This document shows positions 35,966 through 47,160 of a DNA stretch of 64,000 nucleotides, in pieces. Location: IMG/VR virus record IMGVR_UViG_3300028586_000750; one strand, given 5' to 3'. The notes below the pieces were generated by a model. That model was not told the DNA's origin, did no database searches, and saw only the letters and a program-made list of their open reading frames with translations. The position numbers and the translations under genes are program-made. Each line of letters opens with the position of its first letter. Positions within the stretch are counted from its first letter, which is position 1. The DNA is from a virus.

Positions 35966-37266
35966 TTGTGGATTTTAAAACTGCCATATTCTGGTGCTTC
36001 AATTTTGACTTTGCAAGCTAATAACACAAATAATAACCAGTTACCTTCAATTAGTAAACGGCTTTCAGATAAAGATTGCACTAAAAGACAAGCCATGAGT
36101 AGCACTGGCAACAAAGTTTGGAATGGTACAACGTTTAGCAAATCTGTTTTTGCTTTGACAGGGTTAACTGCAATACGCCACGAACGGATGCTAGCAATAA
36201 TTGCAACAGCTATAGCTAACACTGCACCTACAATACCTGTCTGGAACACAATATCTAACAAAGCATTATGTGCCTGCAAGAATTGAGTTCCGTCTAAAAT
36301 GGCAAGGTTTGTGAAAGGCTCAACCCAAGGGGTCCAATAGCTAACCCATCCCCAACCAACAATAGGATGCATAGCAACAAGGTTCCACACATTAGACCAA
36401 ATAGTTGTTCTACCAGTGAAGTCATCATCACGCCCAATTAATGCTAAAAGTGGAGAAGAATAAATGACACATACAGCAAGTAAAGCAATTATTGCGCCAC
36501 CGCCGAAATAATACAAATACTTATGGTTCTGCACTAAAAGTTTACGCATGCTAATAGCTAAGAGGCTAAGTAAAAAGACAGCGACAACAGCTACTGTAAC
36601 TGTTGCAGATTGAGTTAAATAGATAGTCCCGAAAGCTACCACGAACCAGATAGCATGACGAACATTCTTTTTAGATGCAAAGAACTGAATAGCAAAAATA
36701 CAGATAGACAACAAAGCAACAAAACCAAGTAGGTTACGGTTACCAACAATACCTTGAATGTCTGCTCCATTGAATAGGTTACCTTCAACCCAAGCGTAAC
36801 CTGGTACAGCATCAACAAATGGGTTCAACGGTCCACGAATGAAAACTGCAACATACAGTTCAAGTAATAGCGATGACGCAAGAATAAACTTGAAAGCTGA
36901 TGACAATGTTTTCAATAGTTGACCCCAACTTAATGTTGAAGCTAAAACGTAACCAACGTAAGCTGTTATTAGTTGTAAACCACTACCAAGTAAAGTTTCT
37001 AAAGGGTATTGCGACCAGGTAACACTGATGAAACACCAGATAAGAAAAATGAATAGTGGATATGGGATTTTCTGTAAGCTGAACTTTAGATGGTCTTTGA
37101 AAACTACAAAAACAAGTCCGAATAGAAGAAAATCTACAACAGCAAAACCTGCCCAACCAATTGCATAACGTAATGCTTGGCCAGCGAAAGCTGCAACCCA
37201 AATAGCAACTACAAGAGCATATTTTGTAGATGCAGAGCTAATAAAAGTTTTAAACATATTGTTCAC
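35962..37266 (-). CDS. O-antigen ligase / Wzy_C family multi-pass membrane protein
   Basis: About 11-12 TM helices; GIVGNRNLLG, TQSAT, FTGRTTIW..HPIVGWG, QAHNALLDIVFQTGIVG. Confidence 0.88.
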   Translation of the reverse strand: MNNMFKTFISSASTKYALVVAIWVAAFAGQALRYAIGWAGFAVVDFLLFGLVFVVFKDHLKFSLQKIPYPLFIFLIWCFISVTWSQYPLETLLGSGLQLITAYVGYVLASTLSWGQLLKTLSSAFKFILASSLLLELYVAVFIRGPLNPFVDAVPGYAWVEGNLFNGADIQGIVGNRNLLGFVALLSICIFAIQFFASKKNVRHAIWFVVAFGTIYLTQSATVTVAVVAVFLLSLLAISMRKLLVQNHKYLYYFGGGAIIALLAVCVIYSSPLLALIGRDDDFTGRTTIWSNVWNLVAMHPIVGWGWVSYWTPWVEPFTNLAILDGTQFLQAHNALLDIVFQTGIVGAVLAIAVAIIASIRSWRIAVNPVKAKTDLLNVVPFQTLLPVLLMACLLVQSLSESRLLIEGNWLLFVLLACKVKIEAPEYGSFKIHK

Positions 37267-37303
37267 TAATTAAACTATAACATGCTGCCAATACAAAGCA
37301 GCA

Positions 37304-37353
37304 GTTCTCTTTAAAAGGAGATTATAACGTCTTAATCTCCTTTTAAAGAGAAC
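37304..37353. repeat. Perfect 21-bp inverted repeat between divergent genes
   Basis: gttctctttaaaaggagatta-N8-taatctccttttaaagagaac. Confidence 0.85.
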
Positions 37354-37425
37354 AACACAATTTTTAAAGCTATAATTGGCATCAAACATTTGAATAAATG
37401 ATATAATAATCAAGAAGTATTAATC

Positions 37426-39144
37426 ATGAAACTAATAGATCATCCAACCCTAGCCGCAGAATGGCACCCTACCAAAAATGGGGACTTAACACCTGAAAAT
37501 GTTAATAGTAGCTCACGCGAGAAGGGGTGGTGGCAATGTTCTAAAGGACATGAATGGTTGCAAAGAATTGAATTTAGAACATTACGACATAATACTTGTG
37601 CAATTTGTAAAATTAATGCTATTAGTCTAGCGGTAACTCACCCTCATTTAGCGGAAGAATTTCACCCTACACTCAATGGTGATTTGACTGCGGAAACAGT
37701 AACTTATGGTCGTAGCACAAAAGCGTGGTGGTTAGGTAAAGATTGCCAACATGTTTGGGATGCAACCCCAGCAAATCGTGCGCGTTTAAAACAGAATTGC
37801 CCCTATTGTGCAGGCAAAAGAGTAATTCCAGGGAAAACAGATATTGCTACGACCCATCCTGAACTACTTATTGAATGGCATCCAACATTAAACACTCTTA
37901 AACCTACTGAAATTTCTAAAGGCTCGCATAAAAAGGTATGGTGGTTAGGTAAAGATTGCCAACATGCTTATGAAGCTACAATTCCTCATCGCTTAGAAGG
38001 TAAAAATTGTCCCTATTGTGCAGGCAGGAGAATTTTAGCTAAAGATAATGATTTATTGCATGTCAATCCAAAATTAGGTTTAGAATTTCATCCTACTTTT
38101 AATGGAGCGGTCAAAGCTGATGAATTAGCGCCTAATGCACGAGCAAGCTATTGGTGGCTCTGCTCAGCGTGCAGTCATGAATGGAAAGCTGCGGTTTATT
38201 CTAGATCAGCAGGTAATGGTTGCCCTAAATGTGGTATCTCAAACTTTCAGTCTGAACCGGAAAAATATATAGTCAATTTTCTTAACAAACTTGATATAAA
38301 AACAGAACAAAGCAATAGAACACTTTTAGATGGTCAAGAAATAGACATTTACTTACCTGATTTCAATTTTGCCATTGAATATAATGGCTTGTACTGGCAC
38401 AGCGAACAAATGGGTAAAAATAAATACTATCATCGTAATAAATATGAACTAGCTCAACAAAAAGGTATCCAGCTAATTCAAATTTGGGAAGATGATTGGA
38501 AGGTAAAGAAAGATTTCATTCTTATTAGTTTGCTACATAAACTAAACAAACATGAATATTTGGAAAAAGCTATACCTGGTTTACCTTCCGCTAATTATGA
38601 AAAAATTGATGCTAGAAAAAGCACTATATCAGCAATAACTTATGCAGAAGCTTTAGCGTTTTTAAATACTAACCATATTCAAGGTGGAGTAACAGCAAGT
38701 ATTTACCTAGGTCTAAAAGACAAGAAAACAAATACCCTTCGTGCCGTGCTTACTTTTAAGAAAGAAAAAGATAACTATATTCTCAACAGGTATGCAACTA
38801 TTGGCGTCATTCGTGGTGGGTTTACAAAAATGCTCTCTTACTTTGAGAAAACATATAAGCCTACTACTGTAATTACATTTGCTGACCACACTGTAAGTAA
38901 TGGTAAATTATACGAAAACAATGATTTTATAGCAGAGAAGGAACTACTACCTGATTACAGCTATCTCTACAGAAGCAAACGTGAGCACAAATTTAACTTT
39001 AGGTTAAAAAGATTTAAAACAGATGCATCATTGGTCTACGTTCAAAATAAAAGCGAAAGCGAACTTGCTATCATCAATAACATTTACCGTATCTGGGATG
39101 CTGGTAAAACTAGGTATGTTAAAAGATACAACTACTCGTCTTAA
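37426..39144 (+). mobile_element. Free-standing homing-endonuclease-like gene: zinc-ribbon repeats, PD-(D/E)xK-like nuclease, Hef-like C-terminus
   Basis: Repeats AxEWHPTxNG..WWxCxxxH..CPxC; EIDIYLPD..AIEYNGLYWHS; NHIQG..ITFAD..WDAGK; very AT-rich. Confidence 0.75.
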
Positions 39145-39220
39145 AAAAGACTAAGTTTTTGCATTTTCTCTTTTTGTATGCTATGGTAGAGGTATTACTT
39201 CAAAGAAAAGGGAAATTTAA

Positions 39221-41104
39221 TTGGGTAAAACATTAGGGATCGACCTCGGTACCACGAACAGCGCTTTCGCCACAACAATTGCTGGCGAACCAACAGTCAT
39301 TGCAAATGCTGAGGGTAGCCGTACAACACCATCTGTCGTAGCTTTCGCTAAAGGCACAGGTGAAGTTGTTGTTGGTGAACTCGCAAAGCGACAGGCCGTA
39401 ACTAACCTTGACCGTACGATTGCATCAGTTAAGCGTCACATGGGTGAAGCTTGGACTACTGCTGATATTGACGGCAAGCGTTACACTGCACAGGAAATCT
39501 CTGCACGTACACTTATGAAGCTTAAGCGTGACGCAGAAGCTTACCTCAATGAAGACATTGATGGTGTAGTTATCACCTGCCCCGCATACTACAATGATGC
39601 ACAACGTCAGGCCGTTAAAGAAGCCGGTGAAATTGCTGGCCTAAAGGTTCTTCGTATCATCAACGAGCCTACCGCCGCTGCTCTAGCTTACGGCCTTGAA
39701 AAAGGTGCCGAAGATGAGCTAATTCTTGTCTGGGACCTTGGTGGTGGAACCTTCGACGTTTCACTTCTAGAAGTTGCCAAAGATGAGGACGGGTTCTCTA
39801 CCGTACAAGTTGTTGCCACATCTGGTGACAACAAACTAGGTGGTGACGACTGGGACATTGCTCTTCGTGGTTACATTCTTGAAGAGTTCAAGAAAGCAAA
39901 CAACGGTCATGACCTTTCCACTGATGCTCCTGCTATGCAGCGAGTAAAAGAAGCCGCTGAGCAAGCTAAGAAAGACCTTTCTTCTTCCTCACAAGCTAAC
40001 GTGTCTCTTCCTTACATTGCTGTTACAGCAGAGGGACCACTTAACCTTGAGGTTAACATCACACGCCACAAGTTTGAAGAAGTCACAAAAGACCTTCTAA
40101 ACCGTCAGCGTAAGCCTTTTGAACAGGTTCTAGCAGACGCTAAGAAAACTGTTGCAGACGTACACCAGGTTGTTCTTGTTGGTGGTTCTACACGTATGCC
40201 AGCCGTTGAAGCTCTTGTTAAAGAACTTTCTGGCCGCGAGCCAAACAAGTCAGTTAACCCTGACGAAGTTGTTGCTCTAGGTGCCGCTGTACAGGCATCC
40301 ATCGTTACTGGTGAGCGTAAAGACGTTCTACTTATTGACGTAACCCCTCTATCACTAGGTATTGAGGTTTCCGGTGGTATCATGGAACGTCTTATTGAGC
40401 GTAACACTGCTATTCCTTCAACAGCTAAGCAAGTTTTCACAACTGCCGCTGATAACCAACGCGCTGTAACTGTAAGCGTTTTCCAAGGTGAGCGTGAGTT
40501 CACTAAGGACAACCACAAGCTTGGTCAGTTTGATTTGAAGGTTGTTCCTGCACCTGCTGGACGCCCACAAATTGAGGTTAGCTTCGATATTGACGCTAAC
40601 GGTCTTGTTAACGTTAAGGCTAAAGACCTTGGTACCAACGTTGAGCAATCAGTAACCATTTCTGGTACTGGTAGCCTTTCTGACGCTGATATTGAGCGTA
40701 TGGTTTCTGAGGCTGCTGCCAACGAAACTGCTGACCGTAACCGTCGTGAAGTTATTGAAATCCGTAACGCTGTTGCTGGTGTCATTGCTTCTGCTCAGGA
40801 AACACTTGCTGAGTACAGCGACAAAATCAGTGAAGGTCTTCGTTCCGAAGTAACCACAAACATTGCTGCTCTTGAAGCAGAAGTTGCTAACGAAGCAGCT
40901 ACAAAGGCTAGTATTGAAGCTGCCGGGGAAACTCTTAACGCTTCTCTTACTAAAATCGGTGAAGAGCTTTACAAGGCTCCTGAACCAACCCCCGAAGCAA
41001 CTCAGGCAACAACTGATGCACCTTCTGCATCTGCTACAGCAGAACCTAGTTCTTCTAGCGCAGATGACGAAGACATCATTGATGCTGAGGTTGTGGAAGA
41101 TTAA
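39221..41104 (+). CDS. dnaK: Hsp70 chaperone DnaK
   Basis: [47 protein letters not shown]. Confidence 0.98.
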   Translation: MGKTLGIDLGTTNSAFATTIAGEPTVIANAEGSRTTPSVVAFAKGTGEVVVGELAKRQAVTNLDRTIASVKRHMGEAWTTADIDGKRYTAQEISARTLMKLKRDAEAYLNEDIDGVVITCPAYYNDAQRQAVKEAGEIAGLKVLRIINEPTAAALAYGLEKGAEDELILVWDLGGGTFDVSLLEVAKDEDGFSTVQVVATSGDNKLGGDDWDIALRGYILEEFKKANNGHDLSTDAPAMQRVKEAAEQAKKDLSSSSQANVSLPYIAVTAEGPLNLEVNITRHKFEEVTKDLLNRQRKPFEQVLADAKKTVADVHQVVLVGGSTRMPAVEALVKELSGREPNKSVNPDEVVALGAAVQASIVTGERKDVLLIDVTPLSLGIEVSGGIMERLIERNTAIPSTAKQVFTTAADNQRAVTVSVFQGEREFTKDNHKLGQFDLKVVPAPAGRPQIEVSFDIDANGLVNVKAKDLGTNVEQSVTISGTGSLSDADIERMVSEAAANETADRNRREVIEIRNAVAGVIASAQETLAEYSDKISEGLRSEVTTNIAALEAEVANEAATKASIEAAGETLNASLTKIGEELYKAPEPTPEATQATTDAPSASATAEPSSSSADDEDIIDAEVVED

Positions 41105-41115
41105 TTTCCCTCTCT

Positions 41116-41160
41116 AAAAGGTGTGGCCCCACAAGAAATTCTTGTGGGGCCACACCTTTT
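41116..41160. terminator. Palindrome-family-like terminator after dnaK
   Basis: aaaaggtgtggccccacaag-aaatt-cttgtggggccacacctttt. Confidence 0.85.
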
Positions 41161-41291
41161 TTAAATTTCCCAAAACTTTTTCTATTTGGAGTTGCATAAA
41201 TCTAAACATAGGTGTAATGTAGTTCTTGTAAGCAACACAACATCAACGGGGTTACTTGAACGCCCGACAAACAACAAGAAAGTAAAAGAAA

Positions 41292-41582
41292 ATGACTACC
41301 GCAACTATCACCAAGCCCAGCACCATCATCCTCAACCGTGCACGTAAGGCAATCACCCTTGACATGACGGTGCGCGATGCAAACCGTATTAAGGATGCAC
41401 GCAAGAAGGCTGCTGAGTTTTATCTTGCAGCTATGGGTATTGAAGTTATCCGCACTTGGATGAGGGTCTCGAACCTTGATACCCCTGATGACAAGATTGT
41501 CGTCCGACGTTACACTGACGCGGACTTCCACGACTACACTGCTGAAGAGTTCAGCAAGGTTGAGCTTGAGAAGGCTTTCTAA
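41292..41582 (+). CDS. Hypothetical protein
   Basis: 96 aa, C/A-rich leader, terminator follows. Confidence 0.75.
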   Translation: MTTATITKPSTIILNRARKAITLDMTVRDANRIKDARKKAAEFYLAAMGIEVIRTWMRVSNLDTPDDKIVVRRYTDADFHDYTAEEFSKVELEKAF

Positions 41583-41753
41583 GACCTAACATAAAGGTGC
41601 GGCTAGCAGTATAATATTATACTGTTAGCCGCACCTTTTGCATTGACATATATTTCTTTTTATGGTAAATTTGAGATATACATTATTGCATTATGCAATA
41701 TCACTTGGCTGGAACTTACGTTTTAGTTATTACCATATAATATAAGGATTATT

Positions 41754-42611
41754 TTGAAGAAAATTGTTTTAGCCGCTGTCATTATGGGAGCTTTGTTTGT
41801 TACTGGTTGCACTGCTCAACCTAATGAGACTAAACCCACCGCAAGTTCTTCAACTAGCCCATCAACCTCGGAAACTCCCGTAGCTGAAACTCTTGATACT
41901 GCAACAAAGTATGGCGATGTTCATGCTTACAAACTTATTACAGATGATGCCGGTGAATACGCAGCTACCACAATTAATGAGGACGCTGCTGCCTATAACT
42001 ATAACCCTGCTGTAGTTGATGCAGGTGCCACTTCTACTTTCTCTGAGGACGAAATCCTTGCTGCTCAAAGGGTCGCTGTTAAATTTGTCGCTGAGGAAGC
42101 AATGGACTCTATCGCACTCGACTCTACTGCTGGTTGGGAAGAGTGGAAAACTACTGTTGGACCAAAAGTTTTTTACCCCTCAATTGTTAATGAAATGATT
42201 GAACCTGTATCTTACGATGCAGAGCGTAGCACTGTTATCGAAAACAACTATGACGAAAACACACCTAAGCTAGTACGTGATAGCAAACCTCGTACTAACG
42301 AAACCTTAATTACCGTTGATAGTGTTCTTAGTGAATATGATGAGCGTGTTGGAGATTTTCTTCGTTTTAAAGTTACCGCTAATGCAAAGTATCGTGTAAG
42401 CGATGAAGTCGCTCTTGAATATTTCAAAGCTAATACACCTGACGTTGATGTAGCTAACCTAAAAACAAATTACCCTGTACTTTATGATGGTATTGAAAAT
42501 GCCACTTTGCCTACAAACAACTCTTGGGATTATATTGTTGTACGTCAAGGTAATGATTGGATTATTGGTGGTTTTGTTTTCAACGGTGGAGACAAAAACC
42601 TAATCTTCTAA
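41754..42611 (+). CDS. Lipoprotein
   Basis: Lipobox LFVTG|C followed by Ser/Thr/Pro linker. Confidence 0.8.
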   Translation: MKKIVLAAVIMGALFVTGCTAQPNETKPTASSSTSPSTSETPVAETLDTATKYGDVHAYKLITDDAGEYAATTINEDAAAYNYNPAVVDAGATSTFSEDEILAAQRVAVKFVAEEAMDSIALDSTAGWEEWKTTVGPKVFYPSIVNEMIEPVSYDAERSTVIENNYDENTPKLVRDSKPRTNETLITVDSVLSEYDERVGDFLRFKVTANAKYRVSDEVALEYFKANTPDVDVANLKTNYPVLYDGIENATLPTNNSWDYIVVRQGNDWIIGGFVFNGGDKNLIF

Positions 42612-42895
42612 TAATACATAAATAGCTGTATACTTAATAGGCTTCTACTTTTCTAGTAGAAGCCTATTAACGTTGAAAGACAAAATGAAAAGCCTTAGAC
42701 TATATATTTTAAATCGTAATGCATGGCATAAAACAAAAGGTTTACGTGTGTACCGTCGCAAACAAAAACGTATCCGTATTATGAATACGGTTATTCATAT
42801 TTGGGATAAGTCAAGTAGATAATCCACTTGCAGTTTTATGACATTTCTGTTACACTTTGATTAACAATACACACAGTATTTTAGGAGATTAAATT

Positions 42896-44095
42896 ATGAC
42901 TGACCACAATCTACGCTTTGAAGATGGGGTAGTTGTTGCACCTTCAAATCCAACCCTTCTTTACATTGAAGGTGATGGTATTGGTAAAGACATTTGGCTC
43001 ACTGCTGAGAAAGTGTTCAATAATGCTGTCCATAAAGCTTATGATGGTGAACGTCATGTTAATTGGCGTGAAGTTCTTGCTGGTGAAAAAGCTTTCAACC
43101 TCACAGGTGAATGGCTTCCCGCTGAAACTCTAGCTGCTATTCGTGAAGGTCTTGTAGCTATTAAGGGACCACTAGGAACCCCAACAGGTGGCGGTCACCG
43201 TTCTTTGAATGTTGCCATGCGTCAAGAACTTGACCTTTTTGCTTGCGTACGACCTGTACGTTACTTTGAGGGTGTTCCTAGCCCAATTAAAGCACCTGAG
43301 AAAGTTGACCTTGTAATCTTCCGTGAAAATACCGAAGACATTTATGCCGGTATTGAATGGGATAATGGTTCTGATGATGTTCATAAAGTCATCAAGTTCC
43401 TTACCGAAGAAATGGGTGTTAAAAACATTCGTTTCCCTGAAAGTTCAAGCATTGGTATTAAGCCAATTTCTGCTGATGGTAGCAAGCGTCTTGTTCGTGC
43501 AGCTATTGAACATGCACTACAAACAGGTCGTACACATGTAACCCTTGTTCATAAAGGTAACATTCAGAAGTTCACCGAAGGTGGCTTCCGTAAGTGGGGT
43601 TATGAGCTAGCCGCAGAAGAATTCGCTAATGAGCTTGCCACTGGCAAACTTGTTGTCAATGACATTATTGCTGACAACTTCTTCCAGCAAGTTCTTCTAC
43701 GCCCTGAACAGTTTGAAGTTGTTGCTCTCACTAACCTTAATGGTGATTACGCTTCTGATGCTGTGGCAGCACAAGTTGGTGGTATTGGTATCGCACCTGG
43801 TGGAAACATTAACTACGAAGCTGGTTACGCTATCTTTGAGGCAACACATGGTACCGCACCTGATATTGCCGGTAAAGGTCTAGCTAACCCTTGTTCTGTC
43901 CTCTTGAGTGGTGCAATGATGTTTGATTACATTGGCTGGGGTGAAGTTTCAGCTATCCTTACTGCTGCTATTGAAAAAGTTATTGCAAGCAAGCATGTTA
44001 CTGGTGATTTTGCTCACCTTATGACTGATGCAACACAAGTAAACACAGAAGGTTTTGGTGAGCTTCTTATTGAAGCTATCAATAATAACGCCTAA
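42896..44095 (+). CDS. icd: Isocitrate dehydrogenase, bacterial homodimeric type, NAD+-type signature
   Basis: [54 protein letters not shown]. Confidence 0.96.
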   Translation: MTDHNLRFEDGVVVAPSNPTLLYIEGDGIGKDIWLTAEKVFNNAVHKAYDGERHVNWREVLAGEKAFNLTGEWLPAETLAAIREGLVAIKGPLGTPTGGGHRSLNVAMRQELDLFACVRPVRYFEGVPSPIKAPEKVDLVIFRENTEDIYAGIEWDNGSDDVHKVIKFLTEEMGVKNIRFPESSSIGIKPISADGSKRLVRAAIEHALQTGRTHVTLVHKGNIQKFTEGGFRKWGYELAAEEFANELATGKLVVNDIIADNFFQQVLLRPEQFEVVALTNLNGDYASDAVAAQVGGIGIAPGGNINYEAGYAIFEATHGTAPDIAGKGLANPCSVLLSGAMMFDYIGWGEVSAILTAAIEKVIASKHVTGDFAHLMTDATQVNTEGFGELLIEAINNNA

Positions 44096-44178
44096 GTTTT
44101 AAAATTGGAGTGTCAACTTTCTTCCACAAATTTTGGAGGGAAGTTGACACTTTGTGTATCTGCTGGTATCTTAAAGGT

Positions 44179-44952
44179 ATGACATTCGCACTTCGTGAGC
44201 TTCTTCTTAGTTCTGACCCCGTTAAGAAGCTGAAAGACCTTAGGGACAAGGGTACGCTTGGCGACCTTGAACCCACTCTTGCTGCTCTTAAAATGTCTAT
44301 CCCTAAGGGTTACCACCACAAGGATAACTTGGAGCATTCTTTCCAGGTGTTGCAGAACGCAATTGACCGTGAGGTTGACGGTGTTGACCTTGTTCTTCGT
44401 ACTGCTGCTTTGTTCCATGACATTGGTAAGCCTGCTACTCGTGAGTTCGGTGACAAGGGTGTTGTGACGTTCACTAACCACGATGTTGTTGGTGCAAAGA
44501 TTGTGCGTAAGGTTCTTCCTCGTCATGGTTACTCTAAGGCTGAGGTTGACCAGATTGGCCGTCTTGTTTACATGCACATGCGTTCACACACGTTCGCTAG
44601 TGGTTGGACTGACTCTGCTGTTCGTCGCCTCATCACTGATGCTGGTAGCGTTCACCAGTTGGAGCGTCTGATTGTTGTGTTCTACGCTGACACGACAACC
44701 AAAATTCCTGGCAAGAAGGTTAACCTTCATGCTAAGGTTGCTGCTTTGTCTGATGAGCTTGCTCGTGTAGACAAGGCAGACAAGCGTGCAAGTTTGCGTC
44801 CCGCTCTTAACGGTTTGGAAGTTGCAGAGTTCTTGAACATCAAGCCTGGTCCTGAGCTAGGTCGCGCGATGAAGCTTCTTAACTCTGACGCACATGTTGG
44901 TCTGGACAAAGAGGCTTCTTACGCTCTTCTTAAGGAAACATTCCTTAGTTGA
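44179..44952 (+). CDS. Stand-alone HD domain resembling the C-terminal half of actinobacterial CCA-adding enzyme
   Basis: HHKDNLEHS, ALFHDIGKPATR, WTDSAVRR, RPALNG..PGPELG; no nucleotidyltransferase head. Confidence 0.85.
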   Translation: MTFALRELLLSSDPVKKLKDLRDKGTLGDLEPTLAALKMSIPKGYHHKDNLEHSFQVLQNAIDREVDGVDLVLRTAALFHDIGKPATREFGDKGVVTFTNHDVVGAKIVRKVLPRHGYSKAEVDQIGRLVYMHMRSHTFASGWTDSAVRRLITDAGSVHQLERLIVVFYADTTTKIPGKKVNLHAKVAALSDELARVDKADKRASLRPALNGLEVAEFLNIKPGPELGRAMKLLNSDAHVGLDKEASYALLKETFLS

Positions 44953-45044
44953 AAACCTTGCGGCTTGCTTGACATAGGCTCTACCTTGATGCTAAGGTAG
45001 AGCCTATGGGGCAAAAGTCCTCAAATATTAATGGAGAGAAAAAT

Positions 45045-45413
45045 ATGACTGATTTCATCGTTGATTCTGATATCCTGAACACTATCCTTGTGGATGATGT
45101 GAAAAAGGGTAAGGAGTTTTCAATTACCTCTGAGGGCTTTTCTTCGGATAAAGGTATCAAGGAAACTGACCGCCTCACGTACTTCACTTTTGTAGATACT
45201 TATGCTACAGGCGATTCAGGCCATGGCGACCGTGAAATGCTTCTTATTGTTAAGCGTTCCGCTGACGGCGTTCTTTTCGGAGCTAAGTTCTGGGAAGCTG
45301 TTAGCTCTGATGTATTCAGCTACGACAAGTATTTCCATGACAACCTCACTTTGATGAGTGAAGTCAATATGACCGAAGAGATTGTTGTTCGTCGGGATTA
45401 TTCTTTCGTCTAA
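45045..45413 (+). CDS. Hypothetical acidic protein
   Basis: SD GGAGAG before MTDFIV. Confidence 0.7.
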   Translation: MTDFIVDSDILNTILVDDVKKGKEFSITSEGFSSDKGIKETDRLTYFTFVDTYATGDSGHGDREMLLIVKRSADGVLFGAKFWEAVSSDVFSYDKYFHDNLTLMSEVNMTEEIVVRRDYSFV

Positions 45414-45539
45414 TAGTTAAATCTATAATAATGGTGGCCTCAGCCAACTGAGGCCACCATTATTTTGGGTAGAAGATCGTAAAAATATCTGCTATGGTGT
45501 AGGTAACTCACTTTTATATATCAAACGAAGGACAGCAAA

Positions 45540-45914
45540 ATGGTTACATTTACGCAGAACGACCAGAAGGACATTACTGAAACTCTTGTCGGTCGTCAGA
45601 TTACTGATGTCACTGATAATGTTATCACTTTGGATAACGGCGTTGAGCTTGAAGTTGAAGCCAATGATGGTTGCTGGGGTTGCCCTAGTGGCAACTACAG
45701 GATTAATGAGCTTAATCAGGTGGAGAACGTCATTACTGCTGTTAAAGTGGATGATAGGCATGTTTCTGATGAACTTCACGAGTACAAAATTTTTGTTTAC
45801 ACTGGTGGCAAGAAGAACAAGAAAGGCCAGAAGCATGTTCTTCTTGCAGTGTCTGGTGATGATGGTAACGGTTACTACGGTACTGGTTACGAGATTGCTG
45901 TTAAGTCAAAGTAA
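45540..45914 (+). CDS. Hypothetical protein, paralog of 5007-5402
   Basis: Shared motifs. Confidence 0.8.
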   Translation: MVTFTQNDQKDITETLVGRQITDVTDNVITLDNGVELEVEANDGCWGCPSGNYRINELNQVENVITAVKVDDRHVSDELHEYKIFVYTGGKKNKKGQKHVLLAVSGDDGNGYYGTGYEIAVKSK

Positions 45915-46013
45915 AAGTTTTTAAAGAAAAATGCAACTTGTTGAAAGACAGGTTGCGTTTTTCTATTTACTGGGGTACTCTTAAATTAATTGTTCACGAG
46001 AGAAAGAGAAACA

Positions 46014-46403
46014 ATGTCTGAAGTTAATGAGCAGTCGTTCCCCGCAACGAAGCTGGTTGAAGTGCCTGTTAAGGTTGGCGACCACGTTTGGTTTATCTCA
46101 GATGATGAACTGACGGGTGGAATGGCTTTTGAAGGTGACGTTACAAGCATTACTCTCACCAGTGTCAAGATTGATGTTGAAGGCCCTTTGGGTGGCGAGT
46201 GGAACATTCCTCTTGATTGGTTCTCGGATGATAAGGCTTTCACATCTGAGCTTGATTTTGTTAGCTCTTGTGGTCGTACGTGGATGACGACTGCTCTTAC
46301 TGAGAAGCGCGACCACGATAACCTCAAGAAGGTTCACAGTGCTACGGTTTCTGAGAACTTCCGTTTGAAGCGTCTTCTCACAGACGCTGGGATTGAGTTT
46401 TAA
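46014..46403 (+). CDS. Hypothetical protein
   Basis: Likely start MSEVNE. Confidence 0.7.
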   Translation: MSEVNEQSFPATKLVEVPVKVGDHVWFISDDELTGGMAFEGDVTSITLTSVKIDVEGPLGGEWNIPLDWFSDDKAFTSELDFVSSCGRTWMTTALTEKRDHDNLKKVHSATVSENFRLKRLLTDAGIEF

Positions 46404-46410
46404 ACAGCTT

Positions 46411-46458
46411 AAATAAGTAACGCCCCACCAGAATTAACTGGTGGGGCGTTACTTATTT
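46411..46458. repeat. Palindrome family, core CCACCAG-AATTAA-CTGGTGG
   Basis: 21-bp arms, convergent genes. Confidence 0.9.
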
Positions 46459-46461
46459 GTT

Positions 46462-47160
46462 TTATGAGCTAAGGACAGGCCATTCTCCGTTGATAACTAC
46501 AGTGTCATCGTTATTCTTCTTGCGAAGGTAAGACTGGAAACTAGCGGCTTGGTCACGCTTAGATTTCTTCTGAAAGTTGTGAAGCTCAGTACGAGACATC
46601 ACGGCTACCTGTGCTTTCTTAGAAAGTTCCTGAGTAAGGCGACCAGCAAGGTAGCAGTCATAAGCTGCATCGTGAGCTTTAGTTTCGTCAACCTCAATCT
46701 TATAGAAAGTTGCAACACTAACAAGCGTACGTGAACCCTTGCGCCACTTATCAATTTCTTTGTCAATAACGAATGGGTCGACAACAAAAAGGTCATCCCA
46801 GTTAATGACAGGAACCCCGTTACGCTTGAACTCTGAGTTAAGCATGGTGAGGTCATAAGCTGCGTTAAAAGCAACCACAGGAAGGTTCTGGTTGCGTACT
46901 GTGTCAACAATTAGCTGACGAATGCCTGCGAGTGCGCGAGCGTGGTCTTCGGGCTTTAGACCGTCACGTACAGCCGTTTCAGTGCTAATTCCGTGCACTT
47001 CGGAAGCTGCCTCAGGGATTTCAATACCAGGATTGAACATCCAATTATTCTCATCAGAGAACTTACCAGTGTCTTCCATGACACCAACAAAAAGTGTAAC
47101 CATACGGTCGGTAAGCGGGTCAACACCAGTAGCTTCAATATCTAGAACAAGCAAACGCAT
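46462..47160 (-). CDS. DEDDh 3'-5' exonuclease (DnaQ/epsilon-like)
   Basis: LDIEATG, VHGI, AFNAAYDL, AHDAAYD. Confidence 0.92.
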   Translation of the reverse strand: MRLLVLDIEATGVDPLTDRMVTLFVGVMEDTGKFSDENNWMFNPGIEIPEAASEVHGISTETAVRDGLKPEDHARALAGIRQLIVDTVRNQNLPVVAFNAAYDLTMLNSEFKRNGVPVINWDDLFVVDPFVIDKEIDKWRKGSRTLVSVATFYKIEVDETKAHDAAYDCYLAGRLTQELSKKAQVAVMSRTELHNFQKKSKRDQAASFQSYLRKKNNDDTVVINGEWPVLSS

